A stretch of DNA of 64,000 nt from Pyrinomonadaceae bacterium. GTDB lineage: Bacteria > Acidobacteriota > Blastocatellia > Pyrinomonadales > Pyrinomonadaceae. The position numbers and the translations under genes are program-made. The notes below the pieces were generated by a model. The model worked only from the letters and a program-made list of their open reading frames with translations, was not told the DNA's origin and did no database searches. Location of the stretch: assembly GCA_035296385.1 (NCBI GenBank), contig DATHBB010000171.1, positions 7,329 through 71,328 of the forward strand, written 5' to 3'. Positions 26,939-36,940 of the stretch are shown here, piece after piece (within the stretch, counting starts at the first letter, position 1; each line of letters opens with the position of its first letter).

Positions 26939-28902
26939 CCGCAGACCCCAAGACGAACAGCGCGAACACGACGGAGACGGACGCCGCAAACGCGACCGCC
27001 GCAGCAGCAACAACAGCGGCGGGAGGCGAAGCGACTACCGCCGCGACGGGCGCGGAAGATTTCATACACATCCCGCTGCCCACGCGCGTCCCGCTCTCCG
27101 CGGACGAACCTCAGACGCTCGCGGAAGTTTTCGAGCGCGCCGTCACGCGTCACCCCAAGCGCGACGCGCTCAACTACAAGCGCGACGGCGTGTGGCGCTC
27201 GATCTCCTCCGCCGAATTGCTCGAACGCGCGCAACTCATCGCCTACGGACTCTACGCGCTCGGCCTCCGGCGCGGTGAACGCGCGGCCATTCTCTCCGAG
27301 AGTTCGCCCGAATGGACGCTCACGGACGCGGGCTGCCAGTTCGCAGGCGTCGTTGATGTTCCCATCTACCCGACGCAAGCGCCGCCGCAGGTGCGCTACA
27401 TCCTCGACGATTCGGGCGCGCGCGTGCTCTTCGTGCGCAACCGCGACTCATTCCAGCGCATCTTCGAGGCCATCGACGGCGCGCCCGCGCTCGAACACCT
27501 CGTTTTCTTCGAGCCGGAGGGCGCGGAAGAGACCGGCGCGACGACGCTCGAAGCGTTGATCGAACGCGGGCGCGCGCTGCGCGACGAACAACCCGATTTA
27601 ATCAACGAACTCGCGCACGCCGCCAAACCGGAAGACCTCGCGACGATCATCTACACTTCCGGCACGACGGGCGAGCCGAAAGGCGTCATGCTCACGCACT
27701 CGAACCTCGTCACGAATCTGATCGACAGTTCCGGCCATCTCGCCTTCAGCGAGACAGACGTGGCGCTCTCCGTGCTCCCGCTCTCGCACGTCCTCGAACG
27801 TCTCGGCATGTACATGTACATTTATCACGGGATGAGCGTCTTCTACGCGGAGTCAATCGAGAAGATCGGCGAGAACATACGCGAGGTGCGCCCGACCGTC
27901 ATGCTCTGCGTGCCGCGTCTCTTCGAGAAGATTTACGCGCGCATACAGGAGAAGGCCACCGCCGCCGGAAAACTCCAGGCCGGAATACTCGCCTGGGCGG
28001 TCGGCGTCGGGAAACTCTGGGCGCAAACCGTGGTCGCGCGCAAGCCCGTCCCGCCGCTCTTGCAGTTGAAGCACAATCTCGCCACGCGTCTCGTCTTCTC
28101 GAAGTGGCGTGCGGGCTTGGGCGGGCGTATGCGCCTGTTCGTCTCGGGCGGCGCGGCGCTGCCCGAAGAGATCGGCTACATCTTCATGGGCGCGGGCGTG
28201 CCCATCGTGCAGGGCTACGGGCTGACTGAAACTTCGCCCGTCATCGCCGCCGGGACGCTGGAAGACAACCGCATCGGCACGGTGGGGCGACCGATCAAAA
28301 ACGTCGAAGTGCGCATCGCGCCCGACGGGGAGATCGAGACGCGCGGGCCGAACATCATGCGCGGCTATTACAAGAAGCCCGCCGAGACGCGCGCCGTTTT
28401 CACGGACGACGGCTGGTTCAAGACGGGCGACATCGGCTTGATTGACGCGGACGGCTTCCTGAAGATCACGGACCGCAAGAAGGAGCTTTTCAAAACGTCG
28501 GGCGGCAAGTACATCGCGCCCTCCGTCATCGAGACGCGCATCAAGAGCTCGCGCTTCGTCAATCAAGTCGTGCTCGTAGGCCACGGGCGCAAGTACCCGG
28601 CGGCGCTCATCGTCCCCGACTGGGAACAACTCCGCGCCTACGCGCAACACAAAGGCATACGCGACGGCGTCGGGACGCCCGCAGAGATGTGCCGCCACCC
28701 GCGCCTGCTCGATCTCGTGCAGCGACAGGTTGAGGCCTCGTGCGCCGACCTCTCGCAGTACGAACGCGTCAAGCGCATCGCGCTGTTGGAGCGCGAACTC
28801 TCCATCGAAGGCGGCGAACTCACGCCCACGCTCAAGGTCAAACGCCGCGTCGTTGACGAAAAATATCGCGACGTGATCAACCGCCTTTACGCGAACAGTT
28901 AA
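26935..28902 (+). CDS. Long-chain fatty acid--CoA ligase (AMP-forming)
   Basis: AMP-binding motifs IIYTSGTTGEPKGVMLTHSN, GYGLTETS and FKTGDIG. N-terminal low-complexity Ala/Thr extension. Confidence 0.9.
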   Translation: MTADPKTNSANTTETDAANATAAAATTAAGGEATTAATGAEDFIHIPLPTRVPLSADEPQTLAEVFERAVTRHPKRDALNYKRDGVWRSISSAELLERAQLIAYGLYALGLRRGERAAILSESSPEWTLTDAGCQFAGVVDVPIYPTQAPPQVRYILDDSGARVLFVRNRDSFQRIFEAIDGAPALEHLVFFEPEGAEETGATTLEALIERGRALRDEQPDLINELAHAAKPEDLATIIYTSGTTGEPKGVMLTHSNLVTNLIDSSGHLAFSETDVALSVLPLSHVLERLGMYMYIYHGMSVFYAESIEKIGENIREVRPTVMLCVPRLFEKIYARIQEKATAAGKLQAGILAWAVGVGKLWAQTVVARKPVPPLLQLKHNLATRLVFSKWRAGLGGRMRLFVSGGAALPEEIGYIFMGAGVPIVQGYGLTETSPVIAAGTLEDNRIGTVGRPIKNVEVRIAPDGEIETRGPNIMRGYYKKPAETRAVFTDDGWFKTGDIGLIDADGFLKITDRKKELFKTSGGKYIAPSVIETRIKSSRFVNQVVLVGHGRKYPAALIVPDWEQLRAYAQHKGIRDGVGTPAEMCRHPRLLDLVQRQVEASCADLSQYERVKRIALLERELSIEGGELTPTLKVKRRVVDEKYRDVINRLYANS

Positions 28903-28965
28903 AACCTGAAACCTACGCGCGGCGAGCATCGTTAGATAACTTTCCGCTTGTAGCGGCAGAAGAGA

Positions 28966-29144
28966 TTCACCGCAGAGGCGCAGAGCAAAGCCGCAAGAGG
29001 CGTCGCAGAGGAAAACGATGAAGTAGGAACGCGGAACGATGAAGTAAAAGCAACTGTCTTTAGTTCATCGTTCCGCGTTCCTACTTCATCATTTGTTTTC
29101 TCTGCGCCCGTCTCTGCGGCTTTGCTCTGCGCCTCTGCGGTGAA
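28966..29144. repeat. Palindromic element H6-outer (TTCACCGC ... GCGGTGAA family) carrying a nested element
   Basis: ttcaccgcagaggcgcagagcaaagccgcaagaggcgtcgcagagg ... cctctgcg ... ctctgcgcctctgcggtgaa. The termini are shared with the elements at 43605 and 49477. Confidence 0.9.
29014..29092. repeat. Palindromic element H6-inner (AACGATG/GGAACGC family), nested in the centre of H6-outer
   Basis: About 75/81 positions are identical to H4 at 20032..20112 by hand alignment, and it has the same loop core aaagcaa-N-tgtcttt. Confidence 0.9.
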
Positions 29145-29186
29145 TGCTTTTAGTCGTAGTTAATTTTAATCGAACAACAAACGGCC

Positions 29187-30578
29187 ATGAGTCTTAAGAA
29201 CATCATCACTTTACTGCGCGAGGCCGTCGGCGGCTCGGAGCAGGATTTCACGAAAGGCAGCATCAACCGCGCCATCGTGCTGCTCTCCGTGCCGATGATC
29301 CTGGAGATGATGATGGAGTCGCTGTTCGGCGTCGTCAACATCCTCTACGTCGCGCGGCTCGGCGCGGAATCAATCGCCACCGTCGGCCTGACCGAGTCCA
29401 TGCTCACGATCATCTTCGGCATCGCGATGGGACTCAGCATGGCGACGACGGCGACGGTCGCGCGGCGCACCGGCGAGGGCGACACGGAAGGCGCGGCGGT
29501 CGCCGCAGTTCAAGCCATCATGCTCGGCGTGCTCACGTCGCTGCCCGTGGCCGTCGTGGGCGTCGTGTACGCGCCCGCGCTCCTGCGGGTGATGGGGGCG
29601 GAGGCGGGCGTCGTCGCGAGCGGCTCTACTTACGCGGCGATCATACTCGGCGGCAACGTCTGCATCATGCTGCTGTTTCTCATCAACGCGATCTTTCGCG
29701 GCGCGGGCGACGCGGCGGTGGCGATGCGCTCGCTCTGGATCGCCAACCTCGTCAACATCGCGCTCGACCCCTGCCTCATCTTCGGACTCGGCCCCTTCCC
29801 CGAACTCGGCGTCACCGGCTCGGCCATCGCCACGACCATCGGGCGCTCAACGGGCGTCGTCTATCAACTCTGGATTCTGCTCGGCGGGCGCAGCCGCGTC
29901 AAAGTTACGCGCGCGCACCTGCGGCTCGATCCGGCTGTGATGATGAGACTGCTGCGGATTTCTCTGGGCGGGATGTTTCAATATCTCGTGGCGACGGCGA
30001 GTTGGCTGGGGCTGACGCGCATCGTCGCCATCTTCGGAAGCGAAGCTCTGGCGGGCTACACGCTCTCGCTCCGCATCATCATCTTCGCGCTCCTGCCTTC
30101 GTGGGGCATGGCGAACGTGGCGGCCACGCTCGTCGGGCAGAATCTCGGCGCAGGCCAGCCGGAGCGCGCGGAGCGTTCGGTGTGGCGGGCGGGATTGAGC
30201 AACATGATCTTTCTCGGCGCGGTCGCGCTCGTCTTCGTCGTCTTCGCCGAACGCATCATCGGCCTCTTCACGGGAGACGCGGGCGTCGTCGCCTACGGCG
30301 TCTCAAGCCTGCGCCTCTTGAGCTACGGCTACATTTTCTACGCCTACGGCATGGTGATGGTGCAGGCGTTCAACGGAGCGGGCGACACCTTCACGCCGAC
30401 CATGATCAACCTCGGCTGCTACTGGCTCTTCCAAATCCCGCTCGCCTACGCCCTCGCCATCCCTTTCGATCTGGGCGCAACAGGCGTCTTCGCGGCGATT
30501 CCCGTTAGCGAATCGCTGCTCACCATCGTCGCCGTAATCTTCTTCCGGCGCGGGCGTTGGAAGACGCAGGAAGTTTAA
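29187..30578 (+). CDS. MATE family efflux transporter
   Basis: 463 aa with about 12 predicted helices. Typical MATE N-terminus ([29 protein letters not shown]) and an internal repeat. Confidence 0.9.
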   Translation: MSLKNIITLLREAVGGSEQDFTKGSINRAIVLLSVPMILEMMMESLFGVVNILYVARLGAESIATVGLTESMLTIIFGIAMGLSMATTATVARRTGEGDTEGAAVAAVQAIMLGVLTSLPVAVVGVVYAPALLRVMGAEAGVVASGSTYAAIILGGNVCIMLLFLINAIFRGAGDAAVAMRSLWIANLVNIALDPCLIFGLGPFPELGVTGSAIATTIGRSTGVVYQLWILLGGRSRVKVTRAHLRLDPAVMMRLLRISLGGMFQYLVATASWLGLTRIVAIFGSEALAGYTLSLRIIIFALLPSWGMANVAATLVGQNLGAGQPERAERSVWRAGLSNMIFLGAVALVFVVFAERIIGLFTGDAGVVAYGVSSLRLLSYGYIFYAYGMVMVQAFNGAGDTFTPTMINLGCYWLFQIPLAYALAIPFDLGATGVFAAIPVSESLLTIVAVIFFRRGRWKTQEV

Positions 30579-30701
30579 GTTGTCCGTGGTCAGTAGTCAG
30601 TTGTCCGTTGCATGTGGCTCTCACATGCGTGGCTAAAGATTGAATTGATCAACTGACGACAGACAAAGAACAACTGACAACGGACTACGGACAACTGACG
30701 G
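30579..30701. repeat. Heptad-periodic palindromic element H7 (CAGTTGTCCGT family)
   Basis: gttgtcc gtggtca gtagtca gttgtcc gttg ... caactgacaacggactacggacaactgacgg. Imperfect. The central part carries its own small hairpin (catgtg ... cacatg). It lies between convergent genes. Confidence 0.85.
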
Positions 30702-30704
30702 TTT

Positions 30705-31379
30705 TTACTTCAACGTCTCTTTCGTCCAACTTTTGATCGCCGCGCTCATCTCGTCGAGTTGTTCGTCGAAGAAGTGTCCAGCGCCGGTGATAACCTGAAC
30801 GCGGGCGTGAGCTTCGGGCGGGATTTCGGCGGCGAGCGTTTGGAGTGTGGCGATGTCGCCGAACTCGTCGCGGTCGCCGTGGACGAAGAGCAGGGGCTTG
30901 CGGCATTCTCTGAGGAATGAGAAATCGTAGCCGCGCTCGGCGATGCTGACGGGCGTGCCGATGGCGACGAGCGCGCTCACGCGCGGGTCGTGTGTGCCCG
31001 CTTCCAGCCCGACGCGCGCGCCGAAGGAGAAGCCCGCGACGAGGAGCGGCAAATTGGGGTAGCGTTCGACGAGATAGTCGAGCGCGAGATGCGCGTCCGC
31101 TTGTTCGCCGCGCGCGTGGTCGTGCGTGCCGGTCGTCTGGCCGACGCCGCGAAAGTTGATGCGGAGGGCGACCGCGCCCGCGTCGTTCAAGGCGCGCGCG
31201 GCGCGGAAGACGACTTTGTTGTGCATCGTCCCGCCGTGCAGGGGGTGCGGGTGGAGTACGAGCGCGGCGGCGCGTAAGCCCGCAGAGGCGGGCGGCTCTT
31301 TCAAGATCGCTTCGAGCCGCCCGTGCGGGGCGGGTATGAAAAGATTGCCGACCGGATACAAAGTTAGTTTCCACCTCAC
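30705..31379 (-). CDS. Alpha/beta hydrolase (COG2945-like)
   Basis: GRLEAIL ... LVLHPHPLHGGTMHNKVV and the nucleophile elbow GFSFGA. The start is uncertain (GTG 31379, TTG 31361 or 31439). Confidence 0.75.
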   Translation of the reverse strand: MRWKLTLYPVGNLFIPAPHGRLEAILKEPPASAGLRAAALVLHPHPLHGGTMHNKVVFRAARALNDAGAVALRINFRGVGQTTGTHDHARGEQADAHLALDYLVERYPNLPLLVAGFSFGARVGLEAGTHDPRVSALVAIGTPVSIAERGYDFSFLRECRKPLLFVHGDRDEFGDIATLQTLAAEIPPEAHARVQVITGAGHFFDEQLDEMSAAIKSWTKETLK

Positions 31380-31478
31380 GACGAAGAATTTCGGGAATCT
31401 CGATTGGTGAGAGACTAGCAGAGAAGCGTGCGGGCGCAAATGTAGGGGGCGCGGCTTCGGGCGGGCGGCGGTAGGTAG

Positions 31479-31522
31479 AAAAAGAGCGGGCGCGAAAACT
31501 AACTTTCGCGCCCGCTCTTTTT
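31479..31522. terminator. Hairpin terminator with flanking A/T tracts (bidirectional form)
   Basis: aaaaagagcgggcgcgaaa ... tttcgcgcccgctcttttt. Confidence 0.75.
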
Positions 31523-31531
31523 GTTTGATGC

Positions 31532-31565
31532 GCGGGCGAACCGGCGTTGCTGCCGGTTCGCCCGC
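31532..31565. terminator. GC-rich hairpin immediately downstream of the M36 protease gene
   Basis: gcgggcgaaccggc gttgct gccggttcgcccgc: 14-bp perfect stem. Confidence 0.6.
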
Positions 31566-31597
31566 AGGTTAAAGCGGCTTTTGATCGCCGCGAGTGT

Positions 31598-34500
31598 TTA
31601 GGGCAGCGCCTCGATGTTGACGATGAAGCGGAACGCTCCGTCGCGCATCACGCCGAAGAGGAACTGCACGTTCATGCTCTGCCCGTTCGCCAGCGGCGTG
31701 CCGAGCGCCACGGTCGGCACCCTCAGGCTGCTGTTGATGCCGCCGCCGCGCGGCTGGTTGGGCGGTTCTTCAAGGGTCGTGCCTTCGATGGTCGTCGGCT
31801 GACCGTTGATCATGACGTTGTTGATGGTGGTTGAAGTGAGCGCCCGCAGGTCTGCCTGTCCGGGGCCGTCGCCCGGGCTGCCCAGAGTGGTTAAGTCAAC
31901 AATACGGAAGCGGAGGCGTGTCACCGCCGTGCCCGTGTTGTTGGTGATCTTGCGCCGGATGCTCAGGAAGCCGAACGCCGACTTGTTTGGGTCGCACGGA
32001 GGCGTGTCGGGCGCGCCGCAACCGAGTCGCTTGCGGTTCTCCCCGCCGCCGGGCGTCTGTGTCGGATCAACGAGGCCCAGACGCTCGAACTGGTTACGTT
32101 CAATCGGGCTGCTCCTGTTTTCCGGCCCCGGTGCGCCGAGAATCGTCGGCACGGTAGAGCCTGCCGTCGGTCCGGGGAACGGTATGTTGTCCACGGCGAC
32201 GAGCTGGAAGTCGGAGGCGTTATCTCCGGTGTCCTGCGGGAAGCTGGACGCCAGATTGATTTTGCGCACGTAGGCGTGCTGCACGTTCGGCCTGGTGTTG
32301 GCCGTGCGCGGCAGCCCGTTGCCCTCGATGTAGGGCCAGCTTCCGCCGTTGCCGACGAAGCCGACCGAGTCGATGGTGACGTTAAAGGTGTTGTCCACCA
32401 GAGCGATGCCCTGATTGTTCGGGAACAGGTCGTTGAAGGACAGCGACAAGTCGAGCGGCGCATAAGCCGCCAGACTGTAGCCCGAAGCCGTCGGACTCGC
32501 GTTGCTGTTGCCGATGAGGATGTGTCCTCGTCGCGGGATGGTTGTGCCCGCGGGCAGGGTCAGGAGCGAATCGTTGGAGCCGCGCCTGAGTGCGTAGCCG
32601 CTGATGCTGATCGTCGCATCCGTGTTGTTGTACAGCTCGACGTACTCGTCGTTCACGTTGGACGTGGTCGGAGTCGGACTCGGGCTGGCCGGAGGCGGCT
32701 GAACGACGCCTGACTGGCGGAACTCGCTGATGATCACCTCGCCCGGCTGAGCCAATCTCGGGGTTGGCGTCGGCGACGGCGAGGTGCTGCCGCTGTTGCA
32801 GATGGCGAGCGTGTAGTTGCCGCCGCCGTTGACGACAGTTTCATGAACGACGACGACGTAGGTAGCCCCCGCCGGAACCAGGACCGAATAAGAGGCCGGT
32901 ATGTTGGCCGCCGGACTGGTGCCGAGGTCGCCCAAGTAGTTGGCCGACTTGTTGGCCGGATCGTAAGCGTTCAGGTAAGCCGCGCTGAACATGTTGGCCG
33001 TGGTTGCCTGAAGCGTGATCCGGATGCAGGCCGCCTGGCTGCTCGTGTTCTGGAAGGTGTACTGGTCGTAGCGAACCGTCCCGGGTCCGGCAAACTCGCC
33101 GGGGAACGGCTTCGTGCTGCAGGCGCTCGGATTCGCGTCGCGGTTGAGGCGGTTGGTTTGCGTCATGTCGCCGGCGGCAATGCTGCCGTTGATCGGCGGA
33201 GTGACGGCCTCGCAGGCGAGGTTTTCCCGCGCAGTGAAATTCGCGTCGGTGACCGGGCCTTGCAGGTTGTTGTAAGTGCGGCTCGGCGGCGTGTACGTGT
33301 TGTTGCTGCCGGAAGGCGTCACGGTGTAGTTGCCGCCGCGCGTCAGGTTCGGGAACGAGTAGAAGCCGCCGCCGGAAGTGACGGTGGTTCTCGATTCCGT
33401 GCCGGTGAGCGTGATGGTAATGCCGTCAATGCCCGCCGCGCCGTTCTCCGTGGTGACGCGCCCGCTGATGCTCGCCTGCGCGAGGAGCGAGAAGTTGGCG
33501 TCCGTAACGTTCGCGTTCAGGTTGTTGTAAGTGCGACTCGGCGGCGTGTAGTCGAAGCCCGGCGTCGTCGGCGTGACGGTGTAGCTGCCGCCCGCGACGA
33601 GGTTCGGGAACGAGTAGTTGCCGTTCGCGTCGGTGTTGGTGGTCGCGGTGGTCGTGCCGCTCAAAGTGATCTGGATACCGGCGACGCCGTTTCCGCCACT
33701 GTCGGTCACGCGACCGCTGATGGAGACGGTGGAGACGCCGAAGCGCGAGCAGGGCTGCGCGTTCGTCGAGAGTAGAACCGTGTCGATGCGCGCGCCGGAC
33801 TGTCCGGGCGCGATGGTGTTGGCATCGGCGATGACCGTCCACTTGAGTTGCACGCTCTGGCCGTTGGCCGTCGGCGGCAAGTTGACGACCGAGGTGATGA
33901 ACTCCGGATTATCCGTCGTACCGGCGGAAACACCCGTCCACGCGTTGCCTTGGTTGATCGAGCCGTTGTAACCGCCGCTGACGAAACTGCCGCCCGCCGC
34001 GATGATCTCTCTGAACGGCTGAGCGCCGATCTTGATGTGCAACTGCATGCCGTCGAAGTTGTCTTCGAGGTTGTAGAGGTTGCGGAAGCTCACGCGCGCC
34101 TGTCCGGTGTTGACCGGGAAGGTCGGCGAGATGAGATCGGCTGTGCCGGCGTTGGTCGGGTTCGTGGTGAACGCCGAGTTGGGCGGGGTGTCCGATTTGG
34201 CGGAGTTGGTCTGCCAGGGCATGCCCGCGCCGGAGCGCTGCGTCGTCCAACCGGCAGGCAGCGCCGGAGGCGTCACGCCGTCGAAGTTCTCGAAGGTGGT
34301 GAGCGCTGCGGGCTGACCGACGTTCAGGAAGTACGTGTAGGTGATCGGGCCGAGACTGCTCTCGACCAAGATGCTCAAAGGAATCGCCGCGCCGCAAGCG
34401 GTCTCGACGGGCACGGTGTAGTCGATGGTCTGCGAATCGGTTTCGCCGGGCGTGACCGTGCCGTAGTTGGCTACGTTGTTGGCGCCCGTGATGGTGGCCG

Positions 34501-36940
34501 TCGTGTTATCAGCGTTGTGCGCGCACAGGATGTTGGTGAGCGGGATGCTGATGCGGGCGGTTTCGCCCGGTTCGACGACGCCGTCGCCGTCGCCCGTCTG
34601 TTCCGTCGCGGTGACGTTTCCGAGCCGCAGGTTCACGGGGTCAAAACTTTCCGTGACGCTCGTACCCGCGATGCTCGCGCGGAAGCCCGCGCCGCGAATG
34701 CGGAAGCCTTCCCAGATTTCGAGTTCGTCCGCGCCGGCGGCAGCCGCGCAGTTGGCGGCGAGAATCGAATCGCGCCCCTGGAGTTGCGTCGGGCTGGCGG
34801 GGTCGAGTTTCATGCCGTCGGTAACCATCTGGAGCATGCGATTGTTGCCGCCCAGAAGGCCGTATTTCTCTATGAGTTTGGCGCGCACTTCCCACAGCGC
34901 CGTACACCACACCTCGCCCTGATTATGGACCTGGGTGGCCGAACCCGGGTTCACGGGGAAAGCCGCGTCGCTGACGTTGATCTGCGCCGGGTCGATGTCG
35001 GCGAGGGTGAGCGGGTTGTGCGATCTGCCGTTGGCGGCGACGGCGGATTTAACCGCGTAGGGGAAACGACGGATGCCGCGATAGTAATCGCGCGTGTCGT
35101 AAGCGCCCATCGGGTAGAGTTGCTTGCCGTCGGTGTCCATCTTGCCGATGACGGAGTTGATCGAGAGGCCGTAGAAGTCCGACCAGCCTTCGCCCATGCC
35201 CGCAGCCGCGTCGGTGTTCAGGCCGAGCGCGTTGGCGTGCAGGCGGTTCGACGTGCCGTGCGTCAACTCGTGGATGATGACATCCTGATCGAGGTCGCCG
35301 TCACGATTGGTTTGCCCCGCCGCCGTGAAGATGTACATCTGCATGCGACCGGGAGTGCCGTCGGGCGGGGTCAGGAAGTTGGCATTGTTCGTGCCGGAGA
35401 AGTCCTGCGCCTGCGCGAGGACGGGGTCGCCGCCCACGCCGCCGCGATTGAAGTTGTCAACCTGGAAGTTGCGCGCGCCCTCGACGAAGCCGAGGTCGTA
35501 GAGGCGGTCGTGATAGCGGTTCGACCAGAAGAAGAGGTTGACGACCGCGCCCATGCGGAACTGTGCATCCGAAGGGTTGGTAGAACCAGCCGGATCAGCC
35601 GAGCCGTCGGGACGGTAGGTGAAATTAAAGACGCGATTCGTCGCGGTGGAGCGCCCGCCGTCCGGGTCGGACATGGTTGGGGGGTCAATGCCGTCCGGGG
35701 CGACGAGGTCTAAACCGGCGTCAACGTTGTTGCCGGTCGTCGAAGGGTTCGGGCCGGCGGAATCGGGAATCCAGCCGAGCAAGTTGGATTCGTGCTCGCT
35801 CACGAGCGTGATGTTCGTGCGCATGATGCCCGGCGCTTGCGGGACGGGCGGCGCGATGGCCTGCGGCGGACCGAGCGGATTGATCGGCGTCGGGCTGTCG
35901 TCGTTGTAGACGTTGTAGGTGACGGCCTGCGTCTGATCCTGCGTCATGTTCTTGCGCCAGAGCAGGACGCCCGTGTTGGCGTCGATGACCGAGTAGTAGG
36001 CGGTTTCAGAGTCCCACAAGAGCATCGAATAGGCGAGCACGGCGTGGCCGGGCACGAGCGGGAAATAGACGAGCGAGGTCTTGGTCTCTTCCTTGAGCGG
36101 GCCGCGCGAAACGACCTGCTTGCCGTTATCGTCTGTGCCGATGACGGAGAGGGTGCTCGCGTCAACTTTGACGTTGATGCTCCTGATGCCGGCGGCGACT
36201 GCGTCAGTCGCGTTGAGGCCGGGCGTAGAACTGAGCCTTTCGGAGCGCAAGCCCGCGGCGAGCAGGCCGGTCGTGCGCACCAGACGCCCATCCGGCGTCA
36301 AGATGCCGCGCACGTAGCCCTGAAACACGGGGATGCCGTTGATCTCCTGCTCCAATTCGACGAACGCGAGATTGCCCGACGGATTCGCGTAATCGGAATA
36401 TTTCTTGAGTTGCGACGCCTGCGCCCGGGTCAAGCCGTAGAGCGCCGCGTTTTCGGTGATGAAACCGCGCAGGGCCGATTCCCTCGGGCCTCCGACACCG
36501 GACGCCTGAGAGGCCGGTAGCTCGCCCGCGCCTTCGACCCGCACGATTTCCGGGACGCTCAAGGCTTCATTGTAAACGACTTTCAAGCTGGGCACGCGCG
36601 AAGCCAACTGCGCCTCTGCCGCACTCATGGCTCGCTGCACGGTGACGGCTGATTCGCGCTGGCTCTGCGTGGCGACGGCCTGCTTCTGCGAACTCACCGC
36701 AAGCTGTGCGCCTTTCTGCTTGAGAGCCACGTTATCAACATCCTCCGGGGCGCTCGCGCTCCGCAGTCTGATGTCGTAATTTTCGAGGCCGGTACGGGTC
36801 GTGGGGGCGATCTCTTTACCGCGAGTTTTATCGCTTTTGCGGTTGCCCTGGCTGGAAGCAACCGGGCCGAAGTCGAACACTACGGCTCCCATGGCGACGG
36901 CAATGCTGAGGAGCAGCAGCCATCGTTTAAAGTTCCTCAT
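31598..36940 (-). CDS. Giant secreted multidomain metalloprotease, M36 (fungalysin) family catalytic domain
   Basis: Signal peptide, propeptide-like N-terminus, HELTHGTSNRL (HExxH) and GEGWSDF as in M36. Two CarboxypepD_reg-like repeats (SISGRVTDSGGNGVAGIQITLSG ... and SISGRVTTENGAAGIDGITITLTG ...). A lamin-tail-like segment (VIISEFRQSG ... NDEYVELYNNTDATISISGYAL). Confidence 0.85.
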   Translation of the reverse strand: MRNFKRWLLLLSIAVAMGAVVFDFGPVASSQGNRKSDKTRGKEIAPTTRTGLENYDIRLRSASAPEDVDNVALKQKGAQLAVSSQKQAVATQSQRESAVTVQRAMSAAEAQLASRVPSLKVVYNEALSVPEIVRVEGAGELPASQASGVGGPRESALRGFITENAALYGLTRAQASQLKKYSDYANPSGNLAFVELEQEINGIPVFQGYVRGILTPDGRLVRTTGLLAAGLRSERLSSTPGLNATDAVAAGIRSINVKVDASTLSVIGTDDNGKQVVSRGPLKEETKTSLVYFPLVPGHAVLAYSMLLWDSETAYYSVIDANTGVLLWRKNMTQDQTQAVTYNVYNDDSPTPINPLGPPQAIAPPVPQAPGIMRTNITLVSEHESNLLGWIPDSAGPNPSTTGNNVDAGLDLVAPDGIDPPTMSDPDGGRSTATNRVFNFTYRPDGSADPAGSTNPSDAQFRMGAVVNLFFWSNRYHDRLYDLGFVEGARNFQVDNFNRGGVGGDPVLAQAQDFSGTNNANFLTPPDGTPGRMQMYIFTAAGQTNRDGDLDQDVIIHELTHGTSNRLHANALGLNTDAAAGMGEGWSDFYGLSINSVIGKMDTDGKQLYPMGAYDTRDYYRGIRRFPYAVKSAVAANGRSHNPLTLADIDPAQINVSDAAFPVNPGSATQVHNQGEVWCTALWEVRAKLIEKYGLLGGNNRMLQMVTDGMKLDPASPTQLQGRDSILAANCAAAAGADELEIWEGFRIRGAGFRASIAGTSVTESFDPVNLRLGNVTATEQTGDGDGVVEPGETARISIPLTNILCAHNADNTTATITGANNVANYGTVTPGETDSQTIDYTVPVETACGAAIPLSILVESSLGPITYTYFLNVGQPAALTTFENFDGVTPPALPAGWTTQRSGAGMPWQTNSAKSDTPPNSAFTTNPTNAGTADLISPTFPVNTGQARVSFRNLYNLEDNFDGMQLHIKIGAQPFREIIAAGGSFVSGGYNGSINQGNAWTGVSAGTTDNPEFITSVVNLPPTANGQSVQLKWTVIADANTIAPGQSGARIDTVLLSTNAQPCSRFGVSTVSISGRVTDSGGNGVAGIQITLSGTTTATTNTDANGNYSFPNLVAGGSYTVTPTTPGFDYTPPSRTYNNLNANVTDANFSLLAQASISGRVTTENGAAGIDGITITLTGTESRTTVTSGGGFYSFPNLTRGGNYTVTPSGSNNTYTPPSRTYNNLQGPVTDANFTARENLACEAVTPPINGSIAAGDMTQTNRLNRDANPSACSTKPFPGEFAGPGTVRYDQYTFQNTSSQAACIRITLQATTANMFSAAYLNAYDPANKSANYLGDLGTSPAANIPASYSVLVPAGATYVVVVHETVVNGGGNYTLAICNSGSTSPSPTPTPRLAQPGEVIISEFRQSGVVQPPPASPSPTPTTSNVNDEYVELYNNTDATISISGYALRRGSNDSLLTLPAGTTIPRRGHILIGNSNASPTASGYSLAAYAPLDLSLSFNDLFPNNQGIALVDNTFNVTIDSVGFVGNGGSWPYIEGNGLPRTANTRPNVQHAYVRKINLASSFPQDTGDNASDFQLVAVDNIPFPGPTAGSTVPTILGAPGPENRSSPIERNQFERLGLVDPTQTPGGGENRKRLGCGAPDTPPCDPNKSAFGFLSIRRKITNNTGTAVTRLRFRIVDLTTLGSPGDGPGQADLRALTSTTINNVMINGQPTTIEGTTLEEPPNQPRGGGINSSLRVPTVALGTPLANGQSMNVQFLFGVMRDGAFRFIVNIEALP

